Source: a virus (taxonomy: Duplodnaviria > Caudoviricetes). Taken from it: a stretch of DNA of 25,112 nucleotides. The stretch is taken from positions 1 to 25,112 of IMG/VR virus record IMGVR_UViG_3300011434_000022; one strand, written 5' to 3'. Shown here piece after piece: positions 23,734 through 25,112 of this stretch; position 1 is the first letter of the stretch, and every line of letters begins with the position of its first letter. Under the pieces are notes generated by a model. The model worked only from the letters and a program-made list of their open reading frames with translations. It did not search any database and was not told where the DNA came from. The translations under genes were made by a program, and so were the position numbers.

Positions 23734-24498
23734 GTGCCCCGCAAGCTCACCACGACCGCCCTCTCCGCAGGGTTCCTACTCCTGCTCATGGCCGGGCCGG
23801 CACCCGACGCCGGCGCACAAACGTCACCCCCGCCGACCGTCCCCTGCCCCGGTTGCGGCCCGTCTGGGACGAAGCTCCCCGGTAACTCCGGGCGGGCCTG
23901 GTCCTACCCAGAGCATCGCTGCGTCGTCATGAACGGCGTCAACCGCTCCAACTTCAACCTCGTGTTCGGCCTCTCCAACGGCTACCCCAACCCTGTCAGC
24001 TTCCAAGCCACCGTCGATGATGTCGCGACGGCGACGCCGCTCGTCACCGTCCCCCTCGGCACCCTCACCGCCGGCCAGCAACGCACCACCGGCACGATCG
24101 TCACCGTCCCCCCGAACGTCACCATCACCATGAAGGTCACCGCCCGTGACACGGTCACCGGTGCCGTCGTTCAGTTCGGTGACGGCACGCTGGTGAAGAC
24201 CTCGCAGCTCACCTGTGACTGCGTCCAGCCGAACACCACGACCACCTCGAGCGTTCCTGCTACCAGTTCGCCTCCGTCGAGTGTTCCCAGCACTCCGGGG
24301 ACGACGGTTCCGGGCACACCGACGACCACCCCCTCGTTGCCGGTTGTGCCCGGAACCCCTACCACGGCGGTCCTGTCCGAGCTGCCCGCTACCGGTACGA
24401 CGACCCGCAATGTGGGGATCGCCGGAGGTTTCGCTCTCGTCATCGGCGCTGTGATGGTGTACGCCGCCATCCGCCGGCCGGAACACGACGACGCATGA
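23734..24498 (+). CDS. LPxTG-type cell-surface protein
   Basis: Signal peptide, Cys-containing domain, Pro/Thr/Ser linker, LPATG (24382-24396), TM helix and IRRP tail. Confidence 0.8.
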   Translation: MPRKLTTTALSAGFLLLLMAGPAPDAGAQTSPPPTVPCPGCGPSGTKLPGNSGRAWSYPEHRCVVMNGVNRSNFNLVFGLSNGYPNPVSFQATVDDVATATPLVTVPLGTLTAGQQRTTGTIVTVPPNVTITMKVTARDTVTGAVVQFGDGTLVKTSQLTCDCVQPNTTTTSSVPATSSPPSSVPSTPGTTVPGTPTTTPSLPVVPGTPTTAVLSELPATGTTTRNVGIAGGFALVIGAVMVYAAIRRPEHDDA

Positions 24499-25112
24499 TC
24501 GACCTGCAGCACGGGCAGGCACGGCTCTACATCGGCGACGTCTTCGCCCGTATGGCCGACCTGCCCGACGGGTCCATCGACCTGATCGTCACCAGCCCAC
24601 CGTTCCTCGCCCTCCGCAGCTACCTGCCGGCCGATCATCCCGACAAGCACCTCGAGATCGGCTCCGAAGCGACACCCGCCGAGTTCTTGGACACGCTGCT
24701 GGCGTTGACGGCGGAGTGGCGGCGGCTGCTCGCCCCCCACGGGTCGATCGCTGTCGAGCTTGGGGACACCTATGCGGGGAGTGGCGGGGCAGGCGGCGAC
24801 TACAACGCCGACGGGCTACGGGAAGGTCAGGAGAAGTTCGATGGGTCAGCGCGCAGGAGCGGGGGCAGGGTGACGCTCGCCGACGGTCGCACCATCCAAG
24901 GCAACGGCATCGGGAACGGACAGGAACGCAAGGGCTCCGGTTGGCCGCTCGACAAGTCGCTGTCCGGCATCCCCACCCTCTACACCTGGTCACTCGCCTA
25001 CGGCCGCAACCTCCTCACCGGACAACCATCCCCCGCCGGCCAATGGCGCATCCGGAACCTCATCCCGTGGGTGCGCCCCAACCCGCCCGTCGGCGCACTC
25101 GGCGACAAGTGC
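24495..25112 (+). CDS. DNA methyltransferase (beta class, N4-C/N6-A), 3'-truncated by window end
   Basis: Manual translation MIDLQHGQARLYIGDV..LPDGSIDLIVTSPPF..LLAPHGSIAVELGDTY; open to the window end; not in the ORF track. Confidence 0.88.
   Translation, partial: MIDLQHGQARLYIGDVFARMADLPDGSIDLIVTSPPFLALRSYLPADHPDKHLEIGSEATPAEFLDTLLALTAEWRRLLAPHGSIAVELGDTYAGSGGAGGDYNADGLREGQEKFDGSARRSGGRVTLADGRTIQGNGIGNGQERKGSGWPLDKSLSGIPTLYTWSLAYGRNLLTGQPSPAGQWRIRNLIPWVRPNPPVGALGDKC

Larger units (their letters stand above)
1..25112. mobile_element. Temperate tailed phage (siphovirus-type) genome segment, probably non-integrated form
   Basis: Canonical order terminase-portal-protease/capsid-connectors-tail-TMP-lysin-integrase-repressor/cro-early genes. 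No host housekeeping genes. Repressor, integrase and candidate attP are contiguous. Confidence 0.95.

Overview
The whole window is a high-GC temperate siphovirus-type phage. The likely host is an actinobacterium, inferred from the protein families, the holin type and an LPxTG protein. The + strand carries a split large terminase, portal, protease-capsid fusion, connectors, tail tube, tape measure, tail-tip proteins, a GH25+amidase endolysin, a chain of small membrane proteins, a holin, two secreted Cys-containing proteins and a second fibre-like structural module. A leftward operon follows: repressor, 83-aa protein, DNA methyltransferase, Xer-like integrase and a small membrane protein. It faces a cro-like gene and a chain of translationally coupled early genes, which ends in an LPxTG surface protein and a second methyltransferase cut by the window end. 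The most unusual part is the immunity region. An 11-6-11 bp dif/lox-like site lies inside the repressor gene (candidate attP). Two 27-bp GTTAC-N14-GTAAC direct repeats, 770 bp apart, bracket the methyltransferase cassette between repressor and integrase. Each repeat contains a stop codon in the same frame. A perfect 36-bp parS-like palindrome lies at the start of the terminase frame. All calls come from reading the sequence and recognising motifs; no searches were run.
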